From: an uncultured delta proteobacterium
Lineage (GTDB): Bacteria; Desulfobacterota; Binatia; Binatales; Binataceae
Assembly: GCA_963842085.1 (NCBI GenBank)
Contig: CAWJET010000002.1
Location: forward strand, 1,344,001-1,408,000
DNA length: 64,000 bases
Reading direction: 5' to 3'
The notes under the pieces are model-generated. The model searched no databases, was not told the DNA's origin, and was given only the letters and a program-made list of their open reading frames with translations. A program made the translations under genes and the position numbers. Below, piece by piece: positions 30,663-41,543 of this stretch. Each line of letters opens with the position of its first letter. Within the stretch, counting starts at the first letter, position 1.

Positions 30663-31340
30663 ATGGAGCGCAATGAAGTCAGGCCAACGCGCAATCCTTC
30701 ACTGCACCAGCGAACCCTCGCACAGAGCGAAATTCGAGCCGGCCGCGCACCGTTCTCGAGACTCATCGCGCGCTGGACGATAGCCGCCTGGTTGATGGCG
30801 GGAGTCGTGTTCGCGGCCGGCGCGCCAGCAGCTACGGCGGGCCAAACCGCTTCGGAACAGGGCCTCGGGTCGGTCGACGATTACATGCAGAGCAATCCGG
30901 ACTCTTACGTGCGGAACTATCCGGACTTGGTGGACACTTACGAGAGTCCCCTGTTGGGCATCGCGGTGAAGAGCGGGGCGGGCGGGCTGGAACACGGCAG
31001 CTTGGTAAGCGGAGTAGAGATTCTCACGGTAACTCCCGGCAGCCCCGGCGGAACGGCCGGCTTGCAGGGCTCCCGCCCGGGAGCAGTCCGAACGACGGTT
31101 CTGATCGTCGGGATGGTTGCGGCGGCGGTTTTCTTTCCGCCGGCGATAATGGGCGTGATGGCGCTGAGCGGGATTGGCGAGGCGCACCAGACGATCATCG
31201 CGGTGGATGGAGCGCGCACTCGTGATGTCACCGACTTTGCAGAGGCGATCGAAGAGGCCAGGGCTGGCGAGATAGTATACCTGACCGTTGTCAGTGGCGG
31301 CCGGCGCGAACAAATTCGCGTGGCATTGCCGGTCCAATGA
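30663..31340 (+). CDS. PDZ-domain membrane/secreted protein
   Basis: LLGIAV...VEILTVTPGSPGGTAGL, IIAVDG...GEIVYLTVVSGG. Confidence 0.78.
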   Translation: MERNEVRPTRNPSLHQRTLAQSEIRAGRAPFSRLIARWTIAAWLMAGVVFAAGAPAATAGQTASEQGLGSVDDYMQSNPDSYVRNYPDLVDTYESPLLGIAVKSGAGGLEHGSLVSGVEILTVTPGSPGGTAGLQGSRPGAVRTTVLIVGMVAAAVFFPPAIMGVMALSGIGEAHQTIIAVDGARTRDVTDFAEAIEEARAGEIVYLTVVSGGRREQIRVALPVQ

Positions 31341-31449
31341 GTCCCCGTCGGACTTGGTGTAGACGACTGTTTCCGGAACCCGGTTTGAACATTCGTGGCG
31401 ATGGGTAGGCTCCCGGCGGCGTGGCGGACGCTTCGCTCCAGGGAAAGGC

Positions 31450-31570
31450 TTCGGTCAACTGGCCCATTTCGTCGGCGGTCGCCTTGGCCCTACCCTCGAG
31501 TCCGCTCCTGCCGCTCGCCTCGCCGTAGATTTTCGCCCCGATCGGGTTGGCGGTGGCAATCGCCACTGCT
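31450..31570 (-). pseudogene. Remnant resembling the C-terminus of DUF4410-type lipoproteins
   Basis: ATANPIGAKIYGEASGRSGLEGRAKATADE; family recalled, not searched. Confidence 0.45.
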
Positions 31571-32032
31571 GCTGGCATTCGTGACCGAGACCGTGCGTTC
31601 GGGTCGGCGTACACCCGGCGCGACAACAAGGTCCGAACCCACGATCTCCAGGAGTCTCCTGAGAGCAGGACAGGAATCGTGCCCTCACGTCCCGTCAGGA
31701 CACTGCCGTCAGGACACCGTGTTCCGGGAGGCCCGTAACTCCGTAGTGCTGGTCGCCTATCACGCGATAAGCGCCATGGTCTGATTGCCCGACGACATCG
31801 GGCTGCGCGGATTGCTCGGCGACTTCCTGCCGCAGAAAGCCGAGAGAGGCGGGTCATAGCGCGCGTGTGTCGGGTTGGTTTCAGAGAATCGAACTGCCGC
31901 CGCCGCTTGCGTGGTGAGCGTGCGCATGCGCCTGCAACCTGTATCAGTCATCATGCGCACGCTTCTCTCTCGATGTCGGTTAATTGAGCGCCTGCGTCAT
32001 CTGGGTTGACCTCGTGGTCGGGTGATGCTCGG

Positions 32033-33271
32033 TCACGAGAGGACCGGATGTAGTCGCGCGATCTCCTCCTCAAGCGGAATACACGCCCATATCGCAAGTG
32101 CCGCTCCCAACCACATCGCCGCGAATATGCAGAAGGCAACCGCGTAGCTGCCGCTCACGTCGAAGATCCGTCCCGCCACGACCGGGCCGATGGCGGCGCC
32201 TACGGTGGCGAGGATTCCCGCCGCGCCCTGCACCGATCCCAGACGCTTCAGCCCCAGTGACTGGATGAACACCAGCGGCAGCAGCACCAGCGGCGTGCCA
32301 GCTGCAATCCCTACCAGCACGATGAATCCCGCCAGAATCAGGCCGCTCCCCGCCGCGAGCAGGAGTGCCGTGCCGACTGCCGCTCCGACGAAGACGAGCG
32401 AGAGCACGACCCGAGGACTGAGCCGATCCGCGGAGGGACCCAGCGAAAGTTTCCCCACGGTCGACATCAGATAGATCATGCTGAGGCTGCTGGCGGAAAG
32501 GCTGGCCGTATAACCCGTTCCGATCAGATAGACGACCAGATGGACCAGAATCCCGCCGATAGCGCAGGCATAGAAGAACTCGGCAATCGCGATCAGCCAA
32601 AATGAACGCGTCCGAAACGCCTCGGTCAATTCAACCCCGGGCACAACGATTGGCCCGGGACGGGTGCGAGTCAGCTCCGTTGAGTCGCTGGCCTCTGAGG
32701 GACGACTGCGCACCACGAACAGAACCAGCGGGGCCACGATCACCAGCATCGGCAGTGCCATCGCGACATAGCCGGCCCGCCATCCTCCGAAGGCGATCGC
32801 CTTGTTCGCCGCCACTATCATCGCCGCGCCGCCCAGTGAAGTGCCGGCGAACGTGAGACCCATCGCGAGTCCTCGTCGCTCGTCGAACCAGCTTGCGATC
32901 ACCAACGAGGCCGGGATCAACGTCGCCGCGGTGACCCCGATTGCGACCATCCGATTGGCCGCAAGCAGGGGATAGTACGAATCGCAGCGGCTGGCGGCGA
33001 TGAAACCAACTCCGACGGTGATCGCGCCGACCAGCATCACCCGGCGCGCGTCGATCCGGTCGACCAGCCAGCCCACCAGCGGGCCGCACGCGCCCGCCAT
33101 CAGCGCGCCCGCGGACGCGAGCGTCGAAACTCGGGCACGGGTCCAGCCGAAGTACTTGAGCAGCGGCGGAAGGAAGACCGGCCCCGTGTTTACGCCGCCG
33201 CCCCAAACCAGGAACAGTGTGACGAACAGACTTGCCGCGATAATCCAGGCCTGACGCTCCCGCAGGCTCAT
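32033..33271 (-). CDS. MFS transporter copy 2 (apparently intact)
   Basis: ~12 TM segments, GWLVDRIDARR (motif A), WFDERRGLAMG, GPSADRLSPR. Confidence 0.9.
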   Translation of the reverse strand: MSLRERQAWIIAASLFVTLFLVWGGGVNTGPVFLPPLLKYFGWTRARVSTLASAGALMAGACGPLVGWLVDRIDARRVMLVGAITVGVGFIAASRCDSYYPLLAANRMVAIGVTAATLIPASLVIASWFDERRGLAMGLTFAGTSLGGAAMIVAANKAIAFGGWRAGYVAMALPMLVIVAPLVLFVVRSRPSEASDSTELTRTRPGPIVVPGVELTEAFRTRSFWLIAIAEFFYACAIGGILVHLVVYLIGTGYTASLSASSLSMIYLMSTVGKLSLGPSADRLSPRVVLSLVFVGAAVGTALLLAAGSGLILAGFIVLVGIAAGTPLVLLPLVFIQSLGLKRLGSVQGAAGILATVGAAIGPVVAGRIFDVSGSYAVAFCIFAAMWLGAALAIWACIPLEEEIARLHPVLS

Positions 33272-33691
33272 CTCTTCCTCCCTGGTTCGGCCCGGTCCCC
33301 TACTCCGTTTTCGGCCTCAAGCCTCCCCGCCAGGCGCGCGATCCTATCGGACCTTGGACAATTCACCAAAGCGACGCAGGTCCTGAATCGCAAGGTTGGC
33401 ATCGCCATTGGTCGTCAGGCAAACGACGGCCAGTCCGCCCGCAGCCCTCGCTTGAGAAACGTCCGTGCCGCCTAAGCTATCTTCAAGAGAACAGTCTGAA
33501 CCACGGTGGAACCTGTCTCCAGCAAGCACGACGACAAAGGTAGCCCTCACTGTCTTGCACATGTCTGCCGTCTACTCGAGCCCGAGAGAGCAGCGGGTTT
33601 CCGCGTAACGTGGCCGGGAGAACAGCCGGCTAAAGGAAACGGGCCAGCGCCGCAAAACAGCGCCGGCCCGATGCGTGACTTACCAGAACAC

Positions 33692-34006
33692 CTAAACCTC
33701 GATTTCCTCGCTCATCCGAAGCTCAACAATCTTTGCGGAAGGTTCGCGGTCGGCGCGCACTTCGGCCATCAGTTTCTGCCATTCGGGATCGGCCTCCAGC
33801 TTCGCCATGTACTCTCCATGAGCCTTCCATCCACCAGTTTCCGCAACAGCCGCTATTGCAGGTAGGCCGCCTGAGACGGTTCGGTAGTAGCGGACTTTCG
33901 CTCCTGCGCGCTCGCGAATCTTTTTTGCTTTACTCGTGCGTTTCAGGAACTCGTCGAATCGCCCGGGCTCGGGCTGGAACACCGTAATCTGGAGCACCGC
34001 TGCCAT
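33692..34006 (-). CDS. NIPSNAP/dimeric alpha-beta barrel-like protein
   Basis: FQPEPGRFDEF...LEADPEWQKL; start MAAVLQ with AGAGG RBS. Confidence 0.65.
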   Translation of the reverse strand: MAAVLQITVFQPEPGRFDEFLKRTSKAKKIRERAGAKVRYYRTVSGGLPAIAAVAETGGWKAHGEYMAKLEADPEWQKLMAEVRADREPSAKIVELRMSEEIEV

Positions 34007-34079
34007 ATCGTCACCTCTTCTGAAACGGTTGAAAGTTGGTCGAGAATTCAAGACTCTTGCGAGCCTCAAAGCATTCAGC

Positions 34080-34448
34080 TCATCCTTCGAATAGCGTCCC
34101 CCTCCACGACCGCGAAGCCAGATCTACCTCACCCTCTTTGGCGATCCTGCGGCCATCCGAGATCTGGATAAAGTCCGCCGTGCGCCAGCGATTCTTTCCG
34201 ATACTCTCGTAGCTCCCCTGGCCGATGCCGCTGAAACTGTCGCCGTTGTCCAGGTACGCCGTTCCACACTCACTGAAGGTTCCGGCCTTGGCGCCGCCGA
34301 CGCTGGTGGTCGTGGTGAAGACTGCTCCAAATCCCGTTGCCGTGCCTTCCCAAGTGAATTGGGTAAGAACGCTGCCTGCCGGTCCAGGACTGTTAATGCT
34401 CGTGGTGAACTTGAACGAAAATTCCCCGATCTTTTTACCCGATGCCAT
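34080..34448 (-). CDS. Hypothetical beta-rich protein
   Basis: AAGGAG RBS, alternating beta pattern, clean ORF. Confidence 0.7.
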   Translation of the reverse strand: MASGKKIGEFSFKFTTSINSPGPAGSVLTQFTWEGTATGFGAVFTTTTSVGGAKAGTFSECGTAYLDNGDSFSGIGQGSYESIGKNRWRTADFIQISDGRRIAKEGEVDLASRSWRGTLFEG

Positions 34449-34779
34449 CTCGCGTTCTCCTTCTACGGTTACGAGTTGAGTATCATTACGAGGCCAACCC
34501 CATCCTCTACTCTCGTGGCAGGCTTGGGGCGAGCCGAGCGGTACATGCTGATCGCGACTTGCGTTACGATGGGAACGATTGTGGAAGGTTTCCTGTCAAT
34601 GCTTATCCTTCCCACGTGCATTGAAAGCAAAGCTGACGCGGCTCGATTGCGACCGCAATCCAGGTCAGCCCCCTCGCGCGTGGCATCCATCGACACACGT
34701 GACGTATGATTGGCGCTCAATCCAGCGGGCTCTCCCGATCGATGCGCGGGGCGCAGCCGCTTTCTGGGGGTAGTTAACG

Positions 34780-35175
34780 ATGTTCGTAGTCGGAGACCGG
34801 ATGGCGCGGAAAGTGGTGACGGTAAAGCCGGCCGATACACTCGCCGCTGCCTCAGCAAAAATGAAGGAGGGAAAATTTCGGCGCCTGCCAGTGGTCGAGG
34901 CGAACAAGCTGGTAGGAATCGTGAGCGAATTTGATCTGAAGCGCTACGCGGACGCGCTCGACTCGACGCTCGTCGAAGTCGCGATGACCCGCGACCCCAT
35001 CACCGTGATGCCTTCGGAAACGCTGCAGCACGCGGCCGACCTGATGCGCCAACACAACGTCGGCGCCCTTCCCGTTATCCACCAAGACAAACTCGCCGGT
35101 ATCGTTACGGCGAAAGACCTCATGCTGCCTGAACCTCGACCACTCCGTGAATGGGATCCCCGCCCTCGCCGCTGA
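34780..35175 (+). CDS. CBS-domain pair protein
   Basis: RRLPVVE...LVGIVSEFDL; GALPV...LAGIVTAKDL. Confidence 0.9.
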   Translation: MFVVGDRMARKVVTVKPADTLAAASAKMKEGKFRRLPVVEANKLVGIVSEFDLKRYADALDSTLVEVAMTRDPITVMPSETLQHAADLMRQHNVGALPVIHQDKLAGIVTAKDLMLPEPRPLREWDPRPRR

Positions 35176-35848
35176 AACGCCATTTATTGTATAAAACCAC
35201 TGTGAAGCCGCGAGACGTGCTTGCAATCATCCGAGGGAAGCCGAAGCTAGCACCGAACTTGGAATTCATCGATGGAAAGGTCATTCGTCGCCCCGACGCG
35301 TTGGTGGAGATTCTGGATAAGCCAGAGTTCGAGGTTATAATCGACGCGCGAGCCTACTTGATCAAGTTGGTAGAGACCGCGAAGGTGCGGCGCGCGCGCG
35401 ACCTCAAATATGGGTTCCGAGGCGACCTTTGATAGTCGACAGGTGCACCAAGTTTCAAAGCAAGGCAATCGATGTCTCTCGCCACCCGCAACGTCAAGGA
35501 CTTCCAGCGCTTGGGCATTTCTCTGCTTGACCCGTGGCAGCTGGGCTAGTTTGCCCGCAGCCTGCCGTTTTCGTTCGCGGGCCTATTCCCGGATTGCGAA
35601 TTCAAATTTCTGCTAATTCACCCAGTCCAAGACGCCGAATTTTCTGACGTAACCGATTGTCAAAGGTAGCGAACGTTCGCTTGCCGGCGGAAGCAACGTG
35701 CAGGGCATCGGCAAAGTCCATCCCCTTCTCGTACCATTCGAGGGCTTGCCTCACTACCGGTGTTCCCCGTCAGCACAAGTTGGACAATTCGAGGCGATTG
35801 AGGAAGAGAGGGTTTTTGGCTCATCTTTAACCGCGGAAGGAGCGGTAG

Positions 35849-36223
35849 ATGAGATCGAAAATCGATGCGCAGTCGGATGGGGCGGAAAAGGCGGTACGCG
35901 ACATAAGGCGGGCGACCCGCCGGCACTTCTCGGCTGAGGACAAGGTCCGGATCGTGATCGCCGGCCTGCGCGGCGAGGATAGCGTGGCCGAGTTGTGCCG
36001 CAAGGAAGGGATCAACCAGAACCTCTACTATCGCTGGTCCAAGGACTTCCTGGAGGCGGGCAAGAGGCGGCTGGCCGGCGATACCGCGCGTGAAGCGACC
36101 AGCGATGAAGTCAAGGAGCTGCGGGCGGAGAGCCATCAGCTCAAGGAACTGCTGGCCGAACTGATGATGGAGAACCGCCTGCTCAAAAAAAGCGTGCTGG
36201 CGGATGGGGAGTCCGATATATGA
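35849..36223 (+). CDS. IS3 transposase OrfA (HTH)
   Basis: SVAELCRKEGINQNLYYRW; A7 run at 36185-36191 with -1 frame open into orfB. Confidence 0.9.
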   Translation: MRSKIDAQSDGAEKAVRDIRRATRRHFSAEDKVRIVIAGLRGEDSVAELCRKEGINQNLYYRWSKDFLEAGKRRLAGDTAREATSDEVKELRAESHQLKELLAELMMENRLLKKSVLADGESDI

Positions 36224-37233
36224 GGTACGCGGCCGCCGAGAAGCTGGAGATCATCCGGCTGGTCGAGCAGTCGTCGCTGCCGGTGCGGCGCACCCTGGAG
36301 CAGATCGGCATCCCACGGTCCACCTTCTATTGCTGGTACGATCGCTATCGAACTCGCGATGATGAAGGGCTGGAGGATCGCACGCCGGCGCCGCGGCGGG
36401 TGTGGAACAAGCTCCCAGCTGCAGTTACTCAGGCCGTGCTCGAGCTTGCGCTCAAAGAACCGCAGCTATCGCCGCGGGAGTTGGCGGTCTCGTTCGTCGA
36501 CCAGCAGCAGTACTTCGTCTCGGAAGCCTCAGTTTATCGGCTGCTGAAGGCGCACGACCTGATCACCAGCCCGGCCTTCATCTTGATGAAGGCAGCCGAC
36601 AGCTTCGCCCATCCAACCACCGCACCCAATCAACTCTGGCAGACCGACTTTACCTACCTGCGGGTGATCGGCTGGGGCTGGTTCTATCTGTCGACTGTCC
36701 TTGATGACTTCTCGCGCTATATCCTGGCCTGGAAGCTGTGTACCACCATGACTGCCACCGATGTCTCCGACACCCTCGCGATGGCGCTGCGCAACTCCGG
36801 GTTGGAGCGCGTCCGCGTCCGGCACCGGCCGCGCCTGCTGAGCGACAACGGACCGTCGTACGTGTCGGCCCAGCTTGGCTCCTGGCTCGCGGAGCATGGC
36901 ATGATGCATACCCGCGGCAAGCCCTATCACCCGATGACCCAGGGTAAGATCGAACGTTACCATCGTTCGATGAAGAACCAGATCCTGCTCGAGAACTACT
37001 ACCTGCCCGGTCAGCTCGAAGCGCGCCTGGCCGAGTTCGTCGACTACTACAACTCGCGCCGCTACCACGAAAGTCTCAACAACCTGACCCCGGCCGACGT
37101 CTACTTCGGCCGAGGTCCCGCGATTCTGTCACGGAGGAAAAATGCCAAACTGAAAACCATCGAAGCCAGACGCCGGCTGCATCATTCGTTCGCAGCCAAA
37201 GGTTCAACTCAGATGGACCAGATCCTCTCTTAA
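36220..37233 (+). CDS. IS3 transposase OrfB (rve/DDE)
   Basis: WQTDFT, LSDNG, KIERYHRSMK, YYNSRRYHESL. Confidence 0.92.
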   Translation: MRYAAAEKLEIIRLVEQSSLPVRRTLEQIGIPRSTFYCWYDRYRTRDDEGLEDRTPAPRRVWNKLPAAVTQAVLELALKEPQLSPRELAVSFVDQQQYFVSEASVYRLLKAHDLITSPAFILMKAADSFAHPTTAPNQLWQTDFTYLRVIGWGWFYLSTVLDDFSRYILAWKLCTTMTATDVSDTLAMALRNSGLERVRVRHRPRLLSDNGPSYVSAQLGSWLAEHGMMHTRGKPYHPMTQGKIERYHRSMKNQILLENYYLPGQLEARLAEFVDYYNSRRYHESLNNLTPADVYFGRGPAILSRRKNAKLKTIEARRRLHHSFAAKGSTQMDQILS

Positions 37234-37273
37234 TTCCTGTGCCAACTTGTCCAATAGGTTCTGACGACGTACA

Positions 37274-37470
37274 GCCAGCGACTTCTCGGAGGCACCGAAA
37301 CCGTACGCCTCTGCGGTATCGAAACAGTTGATGCCGAGATCGAGCGCGCGACTAATGGCCTCGATGAACTCGGACTCTTCGATACTGCCGTAGCCGCCGC
37401 CAATCTCCCAGCATCCGAAACCGATCGCGGAAATCTGAATCCCCGTTTGGCCAAATGGTCGGAGTTCCAT
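37274..37470 (-). pseudogene. Aldo/keto reductase N-terminus truncated by the IS
   Basis: SAIGFGCW...ALDLGINCFDTAEAYGFGASE, ends exactly at IS right end. Confidence 0.88.
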
Positions 37471-37631
37471 ACGCTGCCTCCGCATACCGATCGTTCAAGG
37501 GTCACGCTAGTGCCGAATGAATGTTTTTTCAATCAAGGAACACCGGCAGCGATTGGTTTGACGAGTTGGCGAAGTGTTCGATAGCCTCTGTGCGGGCGCT
37601 TGAGCGATTTGAGATCGATCGGAGGGCCCGC

Positions 37632-37942
37632 GTGACACGCTCATTCGACATCAAACCTCTCGACGCGACGTTCGGAGCGGTGGTGACGGGCATCAAACTC
37701 GCCGCACTCGACGACGCGACGTGGCGCGACCTCTACGCCACGTGGCTCGAGTACGCGCTACTCATCTTCCCCGGTCAGCATCTCACTCGCGACGATCAGG
37801 TCGCCTTCGCAAGGCGATTCGGACCGGTCGAGTTCGCAACTTGAATGCCGACGGGACGCTCATCGTCGACCCGGACAACGACATCCTGAAAGTGCTCAGG
37901 GGCAACATGGGATGGCACTGCCACAGCACCTACATGCCGGTG
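37632..37942 (+). pseudogene. TauD/TfdA dioxygenase remnant (frameshifted and truncated)
   Basis: IKPLDATFGAVVTG...LLIFPGQHL...FARRFG, then GNMGWHCHSTYMPV in another frame. Confidence 0.82.
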
Positions 37943-38293
37943 TGTGGCGAATTACTGTTTTTCCCAGAATCAGCAATTCGCCACACACAAGTCGTTCGGA
38001 GAAGGCTTTCAATCGAGAAGAACATCTTTGTACTTGAATAATTTCACGGTTACTGACATAGGCCCTCCTTTTTTGTTTCCTCAAATATAGCGTATCTCCG
38101 CGCACAATCCGTCAGGAGTGTATTGCGGCGCAGAAAATAATCATTCAAGTTGCCGAATAAAGTTATTTATTGCGGAACGCTGCGTTCCGCCGATCACGCG
38201 TCTGCGCCGCAGCGAGCGGAAACTCGCCAGCGGTGGCGCGCATTCGGAGCGCGCCACCGCTCTACCGCTGCCAAAGCGTTCGCTGCTCCGACG

Positions 38294-39628
38294 CTACGGC
38301 GCCGCGCGCACCATAGCTTCAGGATCGAAGAAGGCGCGGTCCACGGCGCCCATATTGATATACCAGCACTCCTTTTCCGGAGTGTTGCGACTTGGCAGGT
38401 AGCACATCGCGGCCATTCCGGTTTGCGTATCGGTGGCGGCAGCACCTACCACGAACGAGCGCTTGAACGGATAGATCGCTACCCGTGCATCAGGCACCGG
38501 TCGATCACGATAAGTCAGCCAATAGATGTGGTCCTGCCACAGATGACCCTGTTGATCGTATGCGTCCTCATAAAGCGGAAACCATACTTCGCTGTCGATG
38601 TAGAGCACCGTCCGCGATTGCAGTGCCTGCGAGTTGTTCGTATGACGCCTGGGGGTGGCTTCCACGATATACATTTGGCGCGTTTCCCAATTTTCCGGAC
38701 ACGCGCTGCCCCCGCCGTCCGTCCCGCAGGTTACTTCGGGCGAATGGACCGCGTGAACCACGCCGAGCATGCTCTTCGAACCCAGGAAGCGATAGTTGTA
38801 CTCCTCGACCTTGGCGTTGAAGCCGGAATAGTGATCCGGATCGAACACGACGATATTCCCGCCACCCTCACTCGGCGTCCCCGACCCGGTAACCGCGTCG
38901 CTCATGATGCCTTCGTCGAGACGCCGCAGCCTTCGCGAGCCGGTATTCCATGACCATATGTCATCGGACTTTTTCGGATCGGAATAGCGGTAGCGCAGAA
39001 AACCGGCGCCTCGCATACCTGCCGGTGCCATGATTGGGTAGAGTCCAAAGAGCCAGTAACGCCCGGTCTTCTTGAAGTCTTGATCGATCGGCATAGGGTC
39101 GACCTCGGTCCGTCCAATCTCGTTGTAGCCGGCGTAGTGACCTACATCGATCTCATCGAGTACCCGGTAGGGGACATTGCGCCCGGTCCGCAAATTTTCA
39201 CAGGCAAAGTAACGGAGATCGTAGTCATCAGTCTGGAGCGGCCGAAAGACGTTGTTCCATATGATCTTGGTCGCGACCCGAGGATCGTTGGGATCGAGGA
39301 ATGGGAACGGTTGGCCGGCCACGTAGTTCTCAACCGTGCGCCCATCCGGCGACAGGCTAACCTGCGCAGAATACTTCTCGGTTGCGTCCTTGTAAGGCGG
39401 AGGCCAATCTACGCGATCGGAGGGCGCGATTTTCATCGACATGCCCTGTTGGACTTTGTAGTAGACCCCTGGGGCGACAAGGTCCTTGACCTTGTAAGCA
39501 TTGTCCGGCGTGATGACGTCACCGGGCTTAACTTGCGCTAGTGCCGGCACAGCCACCATAAGACTCATAAGCAAGGCCGCTAGGGCGCCCATACATTTCT
39601 TACTTCTGACAGCTACAATGGAGTGCAT
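38294..39628 (-). CDS. DUF1329 / outer-membrane lipoprotein-sorting-like periplasmic protein
   Basis: Signal peptide, PGDVIT..N, NYVAGQPFP..DPNDP...KIIWN, RRLRR, LYID.E. Confidence 0.85.
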   Translation of the reverse strand: MHSIVAVRSKKCMGALAALLMSLMVAVPALAQVKPGDVITPDNAYKVKDLVAPGVYYKVQQGMSMKIAPSDRVDWPPPYKDATEKYSAQVSLSPDGRTVENYVAGQPFPFLDPNDPRVATKIIWNNVFRPLQTDDYDLRYFACENLRTGRNVPYRVLDEIDVGHYAGYNEIGRTEVDPMPIDQDFKKTGRYWLFGLYPIMAPAGMRGAGFLRYRYSDPKKSDDIWSWNTGSRRLRRLDEGIMSDAVTGSGTPSEGGGNIVVFDPDHYSGFNAKVEEYNYRFLGSKSMLGVVHAVHSPEVTCGTDGGGSACPENWETRQMYIVEATPRRHTNNSQALQSRTVLYIDSEVWFPLYEDAYDQQGHLWQDHIYWLTYRDRPVPDARVAIYPFKRSFVVGAAATDTQTGMAAMCYLPSRNTPEKECWYINMGAVDRAFFDPEAMVRAAP

Positions 39629-39800
39629 AACCTTTGTCCTTTCGCCGCCAAGAACGCGGCGAGACTTTCATCTTGGAATTTATTCGACCGTCTTCTGGTA
39701 CTGTGGCCGAAACCGCCGCCGTGTAATCTAGTGCAATTCGACCGAACGATGCTCGGCACCTCAGGCGCCGTGAAGACGTGAACTTTCTGTCGGGGAGGAG

Positions 39801-40151
39801 CTAGTTATAGTCATCGTTGGAGCGGGGTGGGATTCGCCGATGAAACTGGCGGTCGCAGGACCAGTCAATGTCTGCTTCGACGTCGTCGAGGAAGAGCGGA
39901 TCGGGCTGATGCCGCTTCGGTTCTCTCGGGTTGAAGCTCGATGACGATGTAGAGACGCCAGCGTCTGGGACCGGCCCGGTACCCACTTCCTCGACTAGAT
40001 GACGAGCGAATCCAGGCGTGTTATTCGCAACCGCATGCACCTCGAGAAGAGTGATAGGCGAGAACGCTGAGGCTGTCTGCGCAATGGTCAGCAGGCAAAG
40101 CGAACAAATGAGCAACAGCCTCGCGAGCAGCGGGTACGGAAATATTCGCAT
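39801..40151 (-). CDS. Hypothetical secreted protein
   Basis: Signal-like N-terminus, AGGAG RBS. Confidence 0.45.
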   Translation of the reverse strand: MRIFPYPLLARLLLICSLCLLTIAQTASAFSPITLLEVHAVANNTPGFARHLVEEVGTGPVPDAGVSTSSSSFNPREPKRHQPDPLFLDDVEADIDWSCDRQFHRRIPPRSNDDYN

Positions 40152-41543
40152 CTCGCCGAAAACTCCTGAGGTTCTTTATCGATCCGTCCACTTAAATTTA
40201 TACGGATCTAATCCTCCAGCGCTACCACGAACAAAGTCGGAAAGTGGCTGCAGCAACCACGCCGGGAGCCGTTGTCCCTGCGGCCGACAGACGCTCGGCT
40301 GAGAAGAGATAGACGACTGGCATCGCAGAGAATAATCGAAATGGTGACCTGCACCCCGAAAACTCCGCCGAAATAGGGTAGAGGCCGTCGCCTTCGTCGA
40401 TTGTCGAAGACTGCAGACTGAGAGAAGCCAGGGCACTAAGGCGGCGAAGTGGCAAAGCTCCCCGAGATGAAGGTATACCTGCAGCCGCTGAATGACAGAG
40501 CACCCAAGCCAGTGTTGGAATCTCGCCAGCGCCCGGCCCTTGTCGCGCGCGGGTCTGCCTTCTTCTTCCTCCCGATACGCAGTCCGTCCAAGGAATTCAA
40601 CGGGCCAGCTCCTGCTTCATCTGTTCTTCGAGCCTGTCGATCTGCCGGTTAAACGAGAGCCAGCCAGAGCGCGACTATCCAGCCGAGCAGGGTCCAGCCC
40701 CAAGCAGATTGACGGCGATTACCCATCCGAACCCTTTGATTCGTAGAGCTGCGCAGAGACTGGGCAGAAAACAAACGAGAAGCAGCAGGGCCATAGCGCC
40801 GCTCACTGGACTGCACCGATGCGCTTCAACGAAAGCTCTTCGTCTTCATTCCACGATGCCAAATAGATGCTGCGCTTCAACGCTGGATCGGCTGCTTCCA
40901 GTTTAGCCACGGCCTCGGCTGCTTCGTCGAACCGCTCAGGTGTCACCAAGCACGGACACTGTTCGCAGAGTAATGATGCTGCCGGTGAGCTTGTCGAACG
41001 CGAGCGGATAGGCGATGCCGCGCCTTTCGCATTCAGCTCTCAGGCGCTCGCGAGCCGACGAGTTGCAAAATGGAGCCTTGCTGCCGCTCATCGTCTTCGC
41101 CCCCCGTCCCGTCCCCTCGCGGACGCTTCCGACGTTTTCTTTGGAGCCCGGCGCGGAGTTTTCGCTCGCCTACTCACATGACGCGGTGGCGGTTCAGAGC
41201 CTCCTGCTTGAATCGAATAGCTGACTCCGCTTTCGGTCCGCCCACACGGCAACTCGAGCGCCTTCAACAGCAGTTCGCCTTTCGAGGCGTAAGTCCCACC
41301 GAAGCTGCCGCCGCTCACGTGAAATTCGGTGTCCTTCAGAGGACTCAACCACCAGTATGCAGAACCTAACGAGCCGTCTCTTGATGTCGAAATCGGTTTA
41401 GTCGCTGCGCTCTTTGGAAGCCAGCATGAGCTGATGCTGCGTCTCAGACTTTCGCTTTCAAGGCCATCGGTCTACAACGAGAGCGTTGTACGGACCTGTC
41501 GGGCAGAGCGCATCCAACAGCGATACCGCAGAGGGACCAAGTC

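Larger units (their letters stand above)
35761..37273 (+). mobile_element. IS3-family insertion sequence, 1513 bp
   Basis: Terminal IRs TGTTCCCCGTCAGCACAAGTTGGACAA (left) and revcomp TGTACGTCGTCAGAACCTATTGGACAA (right); TG...CA ends; orfA/orfB. Confidence 0.92.

Noticed and set aside
40150-41540. Several short overlapping ORFs
   Set aside because: No recognisable motifs or consistent frame; probably decayed sequence
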